Source: Eledone cirrhosa
Lineage: Eukaryota
Length of the DNA stretch: 64,000 nucleotides
Assembly: GCA_964016885.1 (NCBI GenBank)
Contig: OZ024745.1
Span: forward strand, 72,416,001 to 72,480,000
Direction: 5' to 3'
The position numbers and the translations under genes are program-made. The notes under the pieces are model-generated. The model ran no database searches. It saw only the letters and a program-made list of their open reading frames with translations, and was not told the origin of the DNA. Shown in pieces: positions 1 through 12,884 of this stretch; position 1 is the stretch's first letter; each line of letters opens with the position of its first letter.

Positions 1-56
1 ACGTTTATACCTCATTACACAATGCTTCAAGTAAACTACAACTCCCTCCATATATT

Positions 57-104
<48 letters not shown>

Positions 105-114
105 AACAAGTAAG

Positions 115-208
115 ACCCCGACGGCTGAGCTCAAGCCGTTTCGACGGCTAATTCTGGACTGAATGAAAATTTATTCTGGTATTTAAATAGCCGAGCTTAT
201 CAAGGGGT
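115..208 (-). ncRNA. Hammerhead ribozyme, type I, variant core UUGAUAA (family A)
   Basis: Reverse complement reads acccc-TTGATAA-gctcggcta...tagccgtc-GAAA-cggct-tgagctc-agccg-TC-ggggt. Stems I, II and III all pair; GUC cleavage triplet. Confidence 0.7.
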
Positions 209-251
209 AATTCCATATATGGTCAAAGAGATAATCGCCACATTTCCTTCG

Positions 252-334
<83 letters not shown>

Positions 335-737
335 AAAGAATAGAGGTGTAACACACAAGTTATTATATATTGGTAAACGGAATAGAAAATGCTGACAAAT
401 TGTTCACAGTTGAAAAATGGTTTAATTAGGAATAAAAGAGAATTAGTGATTGTATGGGGTAGTATTCAGTTGTGGTTTTAAGTTTTTAAATTTTTACCGG
501 TTGCGCATTTCTAAATGCTTTTCAAAAATAATTTTGAGATAGAGTGTCCGTGTTGTTTGCTCTGATCTGATTAGTTTTGGGAATTCTACCTGTTTTTATG
601 TTAAAAAAGTGGCTCCAGCGCTACTTGGTGTTGCAAAAATTCTTGTGGTCAAAACAATTTTGAATGGTCGGTAGATGTCATGTGAATGTAAAAAATTGAT
701 TTTGCGCCAAGACTGAGAAATGACTCTTTCACAACAA

Positions 738-771
<34 letters not shown>

Positions 772-867
772 TAGTAGTAGTAGTAAAGTGTTCGATGTTG
801 TGATAATGGTTAGCAGGGATGTGTGTGCGAACCGCAGCCTGTTGACAGTTCAAATGGCTATTAAGAT

Positions 868-952
<85 letters not shown>

Positions 953-984
953 GCAGAGTAATTCGTGGTAGCGGGACGGTCATT

Positions 985-2506
985 GATACCCTTCTCAAGC
1001 CCTTTCTCAAACACATCAAAAGCTATATAAGGGACGACCTAGATATGCTCAATCACCTCCCTAATATGCCACTTTCTGAACAAACCCTACTAGTGACGTT
1101 CGATGTAGTCAACTTATACTCCAACATCCCCCACAACCTAGGAATAGAAGCTATCCAATTCTGGCTGGATAATTACCACAATGAACTCCCACAACGCATC
1201 AAAAAAGAATTCGTGATAGAGGGACTCAAATTTATTTTGGAGAACAATTATTTCGTTTTCAATAACAAACCCTACAGGCAGAAATCTGGGACCGCTATGG
1301 GAACGAAAACATCCCCCACTTATGCCAACCTAGTCATGGGATACCTGGAAATCACCCTCTACACTAAAGTCCTAAACAAATTTGGAAACACTCTCCACTT
1401 ACACATTGAAAGGAACTGGAAACGATATCTAGATGACTGCTTCATCCTTTGGCACGAAAACATCGAAAAACTTAAAGAATTTCACACCCTTATAAATGGG
1501 CTCAATACGAATATTAACTTCACGATGGAATACAGCCATCAACAACTCCCCTTCCTCGACATCCTCATTCAGATCCATAACAAAAAAATAGAAACAGACA
1601 AGCCCACAGACAAGCCCACAGACTCCAAGCAATATCTTCCTTTCAACTCTTGCCACCCTAGACACGTTAAAATTAATATTCCCTACAACTTAGCCAAGAG
1701 AATCTGTACTATAGTCTCCAATAAAAACACCTGCTACTTACGGCTACAAGAACTAAAGGACTAAAGGACACACTCATAGGCAGGGACTACCCTGCATCAC
1801 TAATTGACAATGGAATCCAACGTGCGCTAAAACTCAGTACCCAGGACCTTAGACACCCTAAAGTAAATCAACCGAAACTAAAAGCTCTTCCATACATCTC
1901 CACACACAACCCCCCCCCCCCCCCCCAACAATGAGGCCTTTGACACCATCCACCAGAACATCCGTGTTGAAAAGGGACCACAGAATGAACCAAATCCTAC
2001 GAACACACGATATCATAAAGAGCAAAAGACAATCCAAGTCAATGAAAAACATCCTAACACATGCCAAAGTACTGCCAACCACAACAACGAAACCCACAGT
2101 AAAAAAATGCGATAGACCCAACTGTGGCATTTGCATCAACCTAATAGAGGGTTCGGAATTCTATTTCAAAGAAGGACAACGTTTTATAGTAAAACACAAT
2201 TTCACATGTGCATCGGAAAATCTAATATATGTGTTAACTTGCTCAGGTTGTCGAGAACAATACATAGGCCAGACCAAAAACAGCCTCCGCCAACGCATGA
2301 CTGTCCATAGATCCCAAATTAAAATACGGGAATACAGGAAAATACCACTGAGTGAACACATTGATACCTGTGCCGCCCAAAATCATCCCAACTTCAGAAT
2401 CTTTCCCCTCTACAAATTTAAAGATAATGCCACCCACACCCAGCGCATCAGCAAGGAATCTTACTTTATTAACAAATACGGACCCCGTCTAAATACTTCT
2501 CCCTAA
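985..2506 (+). pseudogene. PLE reverse transcriptase + Cys linker + GIY-YIG endonuclease, frameshifted
   Basis: RT motifs FDVVNLYSNIP, GTAMGTKTSPTYANLVM, RYLDDCF, LPFLD. Linker CDRPNCGIC. Endonuclease LIYVLTCSGCREQYIGQT...LRQRMTVH. Disrupted by an 8-bp duplication (actaaagg x2, ~1752-1768) and a poly-C run (~1910-1926). Confidence 0.93.
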
Positions 2507-2650
2507 GACGAACCCACAACATACACACGTCAACATACATACCTACATCAGCACACATCTCTACCCACATATAAACACAATGACATACGTAAACACACAT
2601 GCTCTTTGGTGCAACACAAACAAATATATGTGTATATATATATATAGTGA

Positions 2651-2709
<59 letters not shown>

Positions 2710-2847
2710 ATATCATTTCACACCTTTTATTGTTAAAATTTTTTATGTTCTATTAAGAGAACCGATTTTACTGAAAATATCGAATAATGTACACCATTTT
2801 ACCAGGGGAAAAAAATACTGGTCCACCCACACACACACACACATTCT

Positions 2848-2881
<34 letters not shown>

Positions 2882-3040
2882 TACACACGCGTACATTAAC
2901 ATAAAAAGAGACTTATACACACACACACACACTTCTCCGTATAAGACAAAAGCTGAAAAATATCTTTTGACATGGTAAAATACCCCCCACTGCTTACAGA
3001 CACATTCATACTGACTGTCCCGCTACCACGAATTACTCTG

Positions 3041-3122
<82 letters not shown>

Positions 3123-3261
3123 TTATCTTAATAGCCATTTGAACTGTCAACAGGCTGCGGTTCGCACACACATCCCTACTAACCATTATCACAACATCGA
3201 ACACTTTACTACTACTACACACACACACGCACACATATTTGTTGTGAAAGTCATTTCTCAG

Positions 3262-3508
3262 TCTTGGCGCAAAATCAATTTTTTACATTCACATGACCTC
3301 TACCGACCAATCAGAATTGTTTTGACCACAAGAATTTTTGCAACACCAAGTAGCGCTGGAGCCACTTTTTTAACATAAAAACAGTCTTGGCACAAAATCA
3401 ATTTTTTACATTCACATGACCTCTACCGACCAATCAAAATTGTTTTGACCACAAGAATTTTTGCAACACCAAAGTAGCGCTGGAGCCACTTTTTTAACAT
3501 AAAAACAG
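3262..3508. repeat. ~123-bp tandem duplication in PLE 3' UTR
   Basis: tcttggcgcaaaatc...taacataaaaacag occurs twice (3262-3384, 3385-3508) but only once in the inverted arm (~590-713). Confidence 0.9.
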
Positions 3509-3918
3509 GCAGAATTCCCCAAACTAATCAGATCAGAGCAAACAACACGGACACTCTATCTCAAAATTATTTTTGAAAAGCATTTAGAAATGCGTAACCG
3601 GTAAAAACTTAAAAACTTAAAACCACAACTGAATACTAACCCATACAATTACTAATTCTCTTTTATTCCTAATTAAACTATTTTTCAACTGTGAACAATT
3701 TGTCAGCATTTTCTATTCCGTTTACCAATATATATATATACATATATATATATAATGTGTGTGTGTGTGTTTTTTTAATGCTTGTATACTAAATATGCAC
3801 TGTATAATGTAATGAATAACCAGCCTTCGTCAATTACTGGTATGGGGTTGACGGACGTGATCACTTTGCAGCCGTCGTATTATGTTATGTCGTATTATAT
3901 AATATTATGTTTCTATAA

Positions 3919-4120
3919 TGAGAGTGGATTGGCAGTATCGGTAGAGGGTCGGACGCCATTCTTTGCAGCAAAGAGTTACGGCCCTTTATGGTCTGAGTTC
4001 AAATCCCGCCGAGGTTAACTTTGCCTTTCATCCTTACAGGGTCGATAAAATAAAGTACCAGTAATACACTGGTATAATTGCTGGCCTTGTGCCAAAAGTA
4101 GAAACAATTATATTATATTA
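3919..4120 (+). mobile_element. tRNA-derived SINE, major family in the window (Nin-domain-like core)
   Basis: A-box-like tggcagtatcggtaga, B-box gagttcaaatcc, core ttgcctttcatcc...ggtcgataaaataaagtaccag, (ATT)n-like tail. About 20 full or partial copies in the window. Confidence 0.8.
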
Positions 4121-4639
4121 TGTTTCTATATTACTCTATTACTCTCTCTTTCTTTCGCTCATTCTCTCTTTCCACACACACATACATTTACATAATTACG
4201 TGCATACCTACACATACAAACATACATTTGCATGATTAGGTGCATACCTACGCACACATATATACACATAGTATCCTAGATACATACACAAATACATACA
4301 TACATACATACATACATACATACATACATACATACATACATACATACGCACATGCATACATACATACATACGTACATACATACACAAATACATACATACG
4401 TACATACATACGTACGTACGTACATACATACTTACGTACGTACGTACATACATACATACATATATACATACATACATACATGTATAGCTACAAGCGAAGG
4501 AAGCTACAAGAGGTCCCCTGGCACGCCAAAAACTTCAGCTATTTCTTCCTCAAATCAAACAAAAATGTCTTAAAAATTAACAAAGCTGTCCTTGGCGAAC
4601 AAACGAAACAGATCGTCAACGACATAAAAATGGAAGCAA

Positions 4640-4688
<49 letters not shown>

Positions 4689-4846
4689 ATATAGTAATAA
4701 TAATAAATTTGAAGACTAAAATCCAAAGAGGGCTCGATAAGAATAAATTAGTTTCAGAAGATCCCGTTAAGGGTGAAAGTAGCGATTCTTTGCTTAAACT
4801 TTAATCTGTTATTTTAATAAATATATATATATATGTGTGTATGTGT

Positions 4847-4928
<82 letters not shown>

Positions 4929-5069
4929 GAATTCTTAGATGCCTATACACTAACAATGCATTGAGTAGATTTTTTAACTCTGGTTACTCTCCCACCTCTG
5001 ACACAATTCGGGAATCTACACACACTTACATATACACATAAATTCCTACATACATACATACATATATAC

Positions 5070-5420
5070 AAATTAAAGCACAACCGGCCTGATATTGTTG
5101 TTTGGGACCACACATTGAAAACGTGTTCTGTTGTAGAGATCAGCTGCCCACTTGATGTAAACGTTGTCAGAAAAATACAGGAGAAAGAGGACATCTACGG
5201 ACCATTGATGAGGAGTTTACAAATCCAGTATCCATGATACACCTTTAGCTTCATACCCATCATTATTGGAGCTACGGGTTATATACCAACCCGCTTGGAC
5301 CAAAGTATGACTGAACTTGGATTTGCGGACAAAAAGCGCAGCTCCCTAATTCATAGTCTGCAAATGGCTGCGATAGCTGGCACCTTCAAAATTTGCAAAA
5401 CATTCTTGCAAATTCAAGGG
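5070..5420 (+). pseudogene. R4/Dong-like non-LTR retrotransposon C-terminal restriction-like endonuclease fragment
   Basis: Manual translation: KLKHNRPDIVVWDHTLKTCSVVEISCPLDVNVVRKIQEKEDIYGPL...*YTFSFIPIIIGATG...LQMAAIAGTFKICKTFL (RPD..E..K..Y motif, one internal stop). Confidence 0.8.
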
Positions 5421-5517
5421 ATGACAATTTCTTTTCTTTTACAACCTTGCCACCAGGAAGGTGACCGGTCAAAAATAAATATACTCGAAATTAAGAGAAA
5501 GATATATATATATATAT

Positions 5518-5970
5518 GCAAAAGTTTTATTTAAAATTGTTGGGTTACAACAAGTAAATATTTTATAACTGATATAAAGCACTCAACAAGTTTTGGAGTA
5601 GATATACGATATTAAACAAATGGAAACTATATTTATAAAACCATATTATTTCATTATACATATTTCCGAGATACCATATTAAAAATATGGCATGCCTTCT
5701 TCAGATAAAATACAATATATAAGCAGTTTTATAAATAAATTTGACGTACCATAAATATTGATCAACTTCCATGTGCGAAACCAACCAACCAACTTCGCAC
5801 ATGGAAGTTGATCAATATTTATGGCACGTCAAATTTATTTATAAAACTGCTTATATATTGTATTTTATCTGAAGAAGGCATGCCATATTTTTAATATGGT
5901 ATCCCGGAAATATGTATAATGAAATAAATATGGTTTTATAAATATAGTTTCCATTTGTTTAATATCGTAT
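5518..5970. mobile_element. Fold-back mini-PLE, family B, with HHR on each arm (5647-5712 -, 5861-5926 +)
   Basis: Arms ~5603-5778 and ~5795-5968 are reverse complements, flanked by (TA)n. HHR reads tattttat-CTGAAGA-stem II-GAAA-tatgta-TA-atgaaata. Confidence 0.85.
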
Positions 5971-5988
5971 ATATATATATATATAAAA

Positions 5989-6077
<89 letters not shown>

Positions 6078-6081
<4 letters not shown>

Positions 6082-6335
6082 GAATACAAAAGAAAAACGA
6101 ACACAGAAATATACATATATGTGTTCAAATCGTAAGGGACCTGATTCGCTAAGGTGAAAACTATTGTCTATAGTTAGTATTCTTTTAACCTTAGCGAATC
6201 AGGTCCCTTACGATTTGAACACATATATGTCTGTGTTCGTTTTTCTTTTATATTCTATTATAATATACGGCTCAGAAATATCTCTTTCTTGGAGCTATTT
6301 TATTGTAAGAGACTATTTTGAGTTCCTAACTCAAT
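6078..6335. repeat. Fold-back unit with one-sided tail
   Basis: 6078-6160 is inverted at 6183-6259; the right arm continues ~75 nt to a TA run. Confidence 0.75.
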
Positions 6336-6360
6336 ATATACCTTTGATATATATATATTT

Positions 6361-8175
6361 ACACGGGTGTGTACGATTGTGTATAGAAGAAGATTATATT
6401 AATAAAAGGAATTCCAACTTTGTCTGATTTACTCGTTTTATTTACAATCCTTTAAAATTTATAATGAGATGGTAGAATATTAAATGTTAAGTGTTAATTG
6501 AACAAGTACTTTCATGCTTTCGCAATCTTCAGGTTCATATCCTGTGGTGACAGTCAAGTTTGCAATTTTCAACTGTAATGAGATGGGTAAATTTTGTGTC
6601 TTATATACAGTGAAAAGCGGCTACAGGATGCTAAATTTTGCAAACTGTATTTCGACCAATCGGTATGTAGTTTCACTGGATTACTAAAGCTGATTGGTTT
6701 AGGCGTCACAGTTGGTTGAGCATGTCTAACGACTACTATTTGACCCTATCCAAAGCATCAATTTTTTTGCTATTTTTAGAAATGATGAAAATAGCATTTT
6801 CTAGTAATCATCACCAACAGCATCACTTTTATTATTATTATTGTTGTTGTTGTTGTCAGTGGCCGTAGTCGACATGGTCGTAGTCATAGTCATAGTAGAA
6901 GTAATACCCCTAAGTATTATTATTGTTCATTTAGCTTGGTTTGGAATTTATCAATAAAATTCTTTTCTTTGATTTTTCTCTTGATTTCACTTGGGCTGTG
7001 TAAATTGTAGAATGGAAATATTATAAATATTCTCTGACCGCATGTTGCTAGATGGTTACTCAGGGGTATCTGACGGATATTTGGGTCTCTGATTTGCTGT
7101 CAGTGCACCCGTGCACGTTCCGATAGTGCATTTCCAGTTTGACCGACATATAGTTCTTCATAATTCGGACATTTAATGCAGTAAATTCGATTTCTGCTTT
7201 TGCAGTTCATATTTGCATTTGGGAATATTTTTCCAGTTTTTGTGTTCATATATTGACCGGCGTGTATGGATTGACATGTGCCACGTCGACTATCATTGTA
7301 TTTAGATACAGTGAATGATTGGTCTTTGTTGTTAAGGTCAAACTTTGCTTTTGTTAGTAATTGCTTCAAATTTTTCGGCTGATTTTTACTAAGAGTCAAA
7401 ATCAGTCTGTGATTAAGCCTTCTAATTCATTACTTTGAGCAATGATCGGTAGGTTTGCTTTGGCAGTGTTAAAGATATTCTGGTGACATGGGTTGTGTGT
7501 CATTATAAATGGTATGACCAGTTCTTGGTTTCTTCTTCTTTGGGTTGTCCTAAGTTGTTGTATGGGTGTTTTTATAGCCCGCTGTATGCCATTTTCTATA
7601 AGTAGAGATGGGTATTTTTGTTTGAGCAAAAATTATCTTAGTTCTGTTAGGCGTTTGTTCCTGGTATTCGTATCTTCTACAATGGTACAAATTCTTCTGG
7701 CTAGGCAGTATGGGATGTTGCGTTTTGTATGAGGTGTATGGCACGACTTAATATTCAGATATTGATGGGTGTCTGTGTGTTTATAATATATATCCGTGGT
7801 AATGGTGGTGTCGGTTTTTATTACCATTATATCTAGGAATGGTAATTTGGTACTACTCATCTATTTTGTGAATTGGAGAGATGGGTGTAGGTTATTCAGG
7901 AGTATATTGAACTCATCCAGAGTATCTAGACATTCTGTCCAGATGATGAAACAGTCGTGAAGGTATCTCTTCCAATATTTTTCAATGTACTTTCTAAAGT
8001 CAGTACTATATTTTCCCTCTATTTCTTGGTAGAGATGTTGTTCTAAGTATCCCATTACAGGGTTCGCGTAAACGGGAGCAAACTTCGTTCCCATCGCTGT
8101 GCCTCTAATTTGGATGTAATTATTTCCATTGAAGAAGAAAGTGTTGTTTTCCATAATAAGTTTGACTGCGACTAA
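6361..8175 (-). mobile_element. Penelope-like element (Neptune-type), decayed, 5'-truncated, HHR in 3' pseudo-LTR (family E)
   Basis: RT motifs GTAMGTKFAPVYAN, KRYLHDCF, LPFLDI, YYKHTDTHQYL. Endonuclease IYCIKCPNYEELYVGQT. Several in-frame stops. 3' end at a TA run. Confidence 0.92.
6499..6537 (-). ncRNA. Minimal hammerhead ribozyme (family E)
   Basis: tgaac-CTGAAGA-ttgc-gaaa-gcat-GAAA-gtac-TT-gttca, with palindromic GTAC stem III. Confidence 0.8.
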
Positions 8176-8204
8176 TATAAATGGGGCTGTGAAGCCCCCA
8201 TATT

Positions 8205-8928
8205 AACTGCAAAACTCGAAACATAGTATATAGCATAAGATGTACTGAGGGACAATGTAAAGATAAGAATATAGTGTACATAGGTGAGACAGCTCGTAGT
8301 ATAGGTGAACGATTAAATGAACACTGGCGAGAGCTTCAAGATAGAAAGACTCATCAGTACTCCACCAACATGCTAAAATAGAACATAAATTAGAGAACAT
8401 AGAAATAAAAATAAAATCTACATACAGAAAAGACGCAATGTTTAGACAAATCACAGAGGCAATAAACATAAATGAACTCTAACCAAAATTAAATAGAACA
8501 CATGAATGGAATAGCAACATCACAACTTACAATTAAGGACAAAATGAAAACACACACATAGAACAAACAACCAACTAGTAACATGTAAATAAACAAATAA
8601 ATAAACAAATAAAAACACACAGAGGCACCCGGATGTAACACATGTGCAAACTAAGCACACAACACACACAAAACAAGATGGCGTAGGACAGAACAAAGGA
8701 GAGGCACAAAACAAAGAAAAGAATCCCCGGTCACTGATGAGATCACAGAATGTGTGACGAAAGAACTTTGACAATATATGAACAACCGTCCGGTTGTGGA
8801 ACCAACCAACCAACCGGACATTTATAATTTTCTTAAATTTATAATTTAATTTATAATAAATTGGTGTGAAAGCATGGGGTGCGTGTGTTTCTTATTGGCA
8901 ACATGACCCTCCCAAAGTATAACAATAT
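8205..8928 (+). mobile_element. PLE 3' fragment: GIY-YIG endonuclease (8205-8515) plus pseudo-LTR with HHR (family F)
   Basis: Manual translation NCKTRNIVYSIRCTEGQCKDKNIVYIGETARSIGERLNEHW../..SSVLHQHAKIEH...RQITEAINI (not in the ORF track). HHR at 8730-8772: gtca-CTGATGA-gatcaca..tgtgac-GAAA-gaac-TT-tgac. Confidence 0.85.
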
Positions 8929-8931
8929 GTG

Positions 8932-9102
<171 letters not shown>

Positions 9103-9201
9103 CTATATCTACGGATCTAGCTGTCGAAACGGCCGGAGCTCAGCCGTCGGGGTCCTGACTATTTTCCTGTGTGTATATATATATATATAGAGAGATAAAT
9201 A

Positions 9202-9616
9202 TACACGGGTGTGTATGATTGTGTATAGAAGATTATATTAATAAAAGGAATTCCAACTTTGTCTGATTTACCCGTTTTATCTACAATCCTTTAAAATTTA
9301 TAATGGTATTAGAATGAAATAGTATGGTAGAATATTAAATGTTAAGTGTTAATTGAACAAGTACTTTCATGCTTTCGCAATCTTCAGGTTCATATTGTGT
9401 GGTGACAGTCAAGTTTGCAATTTTCAACTGTTGAAAATTGCAAACTTGACCGTCACCACACAATGTGAACCTGAAGATTGCGAAAGCATGAAAGTACTTC
9501 TTCAATTAACACTTAACATTTAATATTCTACCATACTATTTCATTCTAATACCATTATAAATTTTAAAGGATTGTAGATAAAACGAGTAAATCAGACAAA
9601 GTTGGAATTCCTTTTA

Positions 9617-9620
<4 letters not shown>
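9202..9620. mobile_element. Fold-back mini-PLE, family E, HHR on both arms (9354-9392 -, 9466-9504 +)
   Basis: Near-perfect palindrome centred at ~9430 (ttttcaac-t-gttgaaaa). Sequence matches the 3' end of the PLE at 6361-6575. Confidence 0.88.
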
Positions 9621-9653
<33 letters not shown>

Positions 9654-10181
9654 ATAATATTATTTATACTTATATATATATACATTATATATAATTATAA
9701 ACAGAAAAGGTCAGTAATTCATTACTACCTTATTACCAGTAAGAAAAATAGCTCAATGTAAATACATCAGATGTTTTACACAATATAAACGAGGACATTA
9801 GCAGACATTAGCATCTCTGTCTGCTTAATATGCTTCTATACCTGTATTGTATTATGTTTTACCTTTGCCATACTGTGTTATATATGCTTAGTATCATTGC
9901 TTGTTTCCTACCTGGTTATTCTGTACATGCCTAATACATCTGCACTCTTTCTATACGCTTGCATATGAACTGCTAATGTCCTCATTCTGCGAGAAACTTT
10001 CTTCTTGAATTCCTCTATAATTGTTGTATTATTCTTTTATAATCTTTGCCGCACCCACTCATATTGTCCACATCATCTTCACTCTTTAAATATGACACTG
10101 CTAATGACGACACTAACATCTGTGTATTTTTATGATTGTTCTGTAGAATAGAAGCTTAATTATATGTCTAAACTTTGCTAG

Positions 10182-10228
10182 TGCTCCGATGAAACCAAAC
10201 GAAAGTTTGGAAGAAACGATTGTCAGCA
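10182..10228 (+). ncRNA. Hammerhead ribozyme (U4C core variant) at the 3' end of a probable PLE remnant (~9690-10265)
   Basis: tgct-CCGATGA-aaccaaac-gaaa-gtttggaa-GAAA-cgattg-TC-agca, followed by AATAAA and (TA)n. Confidence 0.65.
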
Positions 10229-10262
10229 ATAAAATGTTTTGAACATAGTTTTGATTATTCTG

Positions 10263-10349
<87 letters not shown>

Positions 10350-11374
10350 TGTATGTATATTTGGGTGTGTATGCATACAAGTATACAATACATTTATATC
10401 TGCATATAGTACAAAGGTAACCTTGAATGCATAAATGTGCACATTAATTTACACAATTAATATCAAGATATGTAAACATGTAAAAATGACGTATTTCTCT
10501 GTAAACTGAATATATGGTGAATATCATATTTAACACATTTCTCTCAAATTACATGATTAATCAAACGTACATGTGGCATGTTTACATATTTAAATACTCA
10601 ATGTGTCAAATTGTATAAACATATACGCTGTGTCTGATACATATTTATTCGATATATACATATATAAATTCATCATATACAGTTTTGAATTGAAAAGGTG
10701 GAGGTTATCGTTTAGTAGCTACTATTATATCGCTGGAAGTGGAGAAGTTGTGGCAAGAGAGGAGTCAGACCAGATAATGCTCTCGTTTGCCAGCAAACAA
10801 CTCTCTCTATTTCTCTCTCCCCCCCCCCCTCCCTCTCAGGTTGTTTTTCACTCCTTCAGAGAAGTGGCTGGTGTAGGATACGCTGTTATGCATTACTTTT
10901 ATTTAATGACTTCAGAGAGATAGCCGGCGTAAAAGAAGGTGTCTAGTATAAATCACTTTAAACGTTGGGATAGGTGGTGCAATGAAGGCCAGATAGAATT
11001 TCGGTTACATATATACATAGATTTACATAAGTTTCCGTATAATACAGTTTTACTAGATATTCAAATTATATGCTTAAGTGTTGCTGTACATTTGTATAAA
11101 AAAATAGTATATATATATATGTATTCTATATAAATTGTATGCTGGCATGGCCGAGTAGTTAGAATGTTGCTTTCGTAATCACAAGACATCTTGAGCAAGT
11201 GCATTTTAATATCTTTTCGGGTCGACTTAATCTTTTTAAATGGCAGTAGTTAGACAGAAAACGATTGGTACTCATCAGATAGATTGTAGTAGTAATTCAA
11301 ATGTCAAGTTTTGTCTCAGACCGTTTCTAGTTTATGTTACATGTGGTGCGATAAATAAATATATACACATAAAC

Positions 11375-11650
11375 CAAGTCCGAACACAAAGGAACCAATC
11401 TCCCACTGTCACTGCCTCAGTTTCTTCCGCTCTCCACATCACTCACTCTTATGAGAAAATGGAGACCCGCATGCTGGCCGCCCAGCGGCCCCGGAGGACA
11501 GAATAGAGAAGGCGTTTCCTCGGAGGATGCGGAGGAAATGGTGGTGGAAGAGCCATTCCAGCTCGCGAGGCTTTCACCTGCGTGTAGCCAACTCTGTGCC
11601 GATGGTGGTGAGCTGGAAGGTTGCCCTAGGGCCAAGGAGACCAGAAGTCT
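11375..11650 (-). mobile_element. CRE-like non-LTR retrotransposon 3' fragment
   Basis: Reverse-complement homologue of 37545-37830 (ggccctagggc...caccaccatcggc...ggaatggctcttcc). Confidence 0.7.
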
Positions 11651-12437
11651 TGATTCTGCCCAATGATTAAACAGCCAGATCTGCCCTTCTTTAACCCTTC
11701 CCCATTTTCTCATTACTTAATTTTGCTTTTATCTTTCTTATTTCATATTTATGTAATCATCAATGGTTTTTAAGCCAACTTTATGAATATTTGTAATGTT
11801 ATTTATCATATCTAAGATCACATGTGGGCGGCATGTTCAGTTACATACATGCTAATTCAATTAATAGTCAATTCAGTTGATCGAGCAAAAAAAAAAAAAA
11901 TCATCGTCGAAACCGACAGAGATCCATTTACTTAACGTCCCGCCTGAGGGACGTTAAGTAAATGGCTGTTGTAACGTGTGTCGCTGGCCATACTCGGCAG
12001 CACCCCTGCTATTTTATCTGTGGGGTGCAGCTGAAACACATCTCAGACTAGGGTGTAGAACTTGTCACCTCCTCTCCCTCTTCTTTTCTTTCGTTGTTTC
12101 ATTTTCCTTTTTCTTTTACTTTTTTTCTCATTTCCTTCTCTCTGTTTTGTTCCCTTATTTCCATATTGCATATTGTATCTTTTTACTACTAGATATTTTG
12201 TATTGTAATAAATTCTATGTTGGAATAACAAAACCACTGATAAGATTTGAACCAGAGACCCATACCAGACAAATATGCAATCAAACCCCACTATATCATT
12301 CCTTCCTTTCTGCTCGCTCTTTCACTGTCTTTCTCTCTCTCCCTCTCAGTATTTTTCGTACTTTTTCTCTTTCACTCATTCACTATTCATATGTGCGTGT
12401 GTGTGTGTGTTATATGCGTTTACATGTATGTGTATAC

Positions 12438-12512
<75 letters not shown>

Positions 12513-12675
12513 CATATGTGTTTATGTGTGAGTACGTAAGTGATATATTTTCTCATGTATGTTAATATTTCATTCAACGTCTGTCTGCCACATAACTTCT
12601 TTACTTTCTCTCTTTCTTCCTACTTTCTTTATTTCCTTCTCTCTTTCTTCCTCCCACACTTACTCACTCACTCAC

Positions 12676-12752
<77 letters not shown>

Positions 12753-12812
12753 GTATCAATTTATTTATATGTCTGCATGTCTCTCTCTTTCTCTCTGTGT
12801 TTCTCTCTCTCC

Positions 12813-12884
<72 letters not shown>

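Larger units (their letters stand above)
331..3730 (+). mobile_element. Penelope-like retroelement (Neptune-type), 5'-truncated, with inverted copy of its 3' pseudo-LTR, inserted in (TA)n
   Basis: RT and GIY-YIG coding remnant at ~985-2506. Segment ~368-982 is the reverse complement of ~3011-3730 (ggtaaacggaatagaaaatgctgac / gtcagcattttctattccgtttacc). Both ends abut (TA)n. Confidence 0.92.

Noticed and set aside
4755-4795. cagaaga-tccc-gttaa-gggt-gaaa HHR-like motif
   Set aside because: The core is altered and there is no convincing stem I or III.
5518-5970. Interpreting the TA-flanked palindromes as Tc1/mariner MITEs
   Set aside because: The arms are unequal, fold points vary, they carry HHRs and some match PLE 3' ends.
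11924-11965. Short perfect hairpin ccatttacttaacgtccc-gcctga-gggacgttaagtaaatgg
   Set aside because: Single small palindrome at a SINE end; no supportable function.
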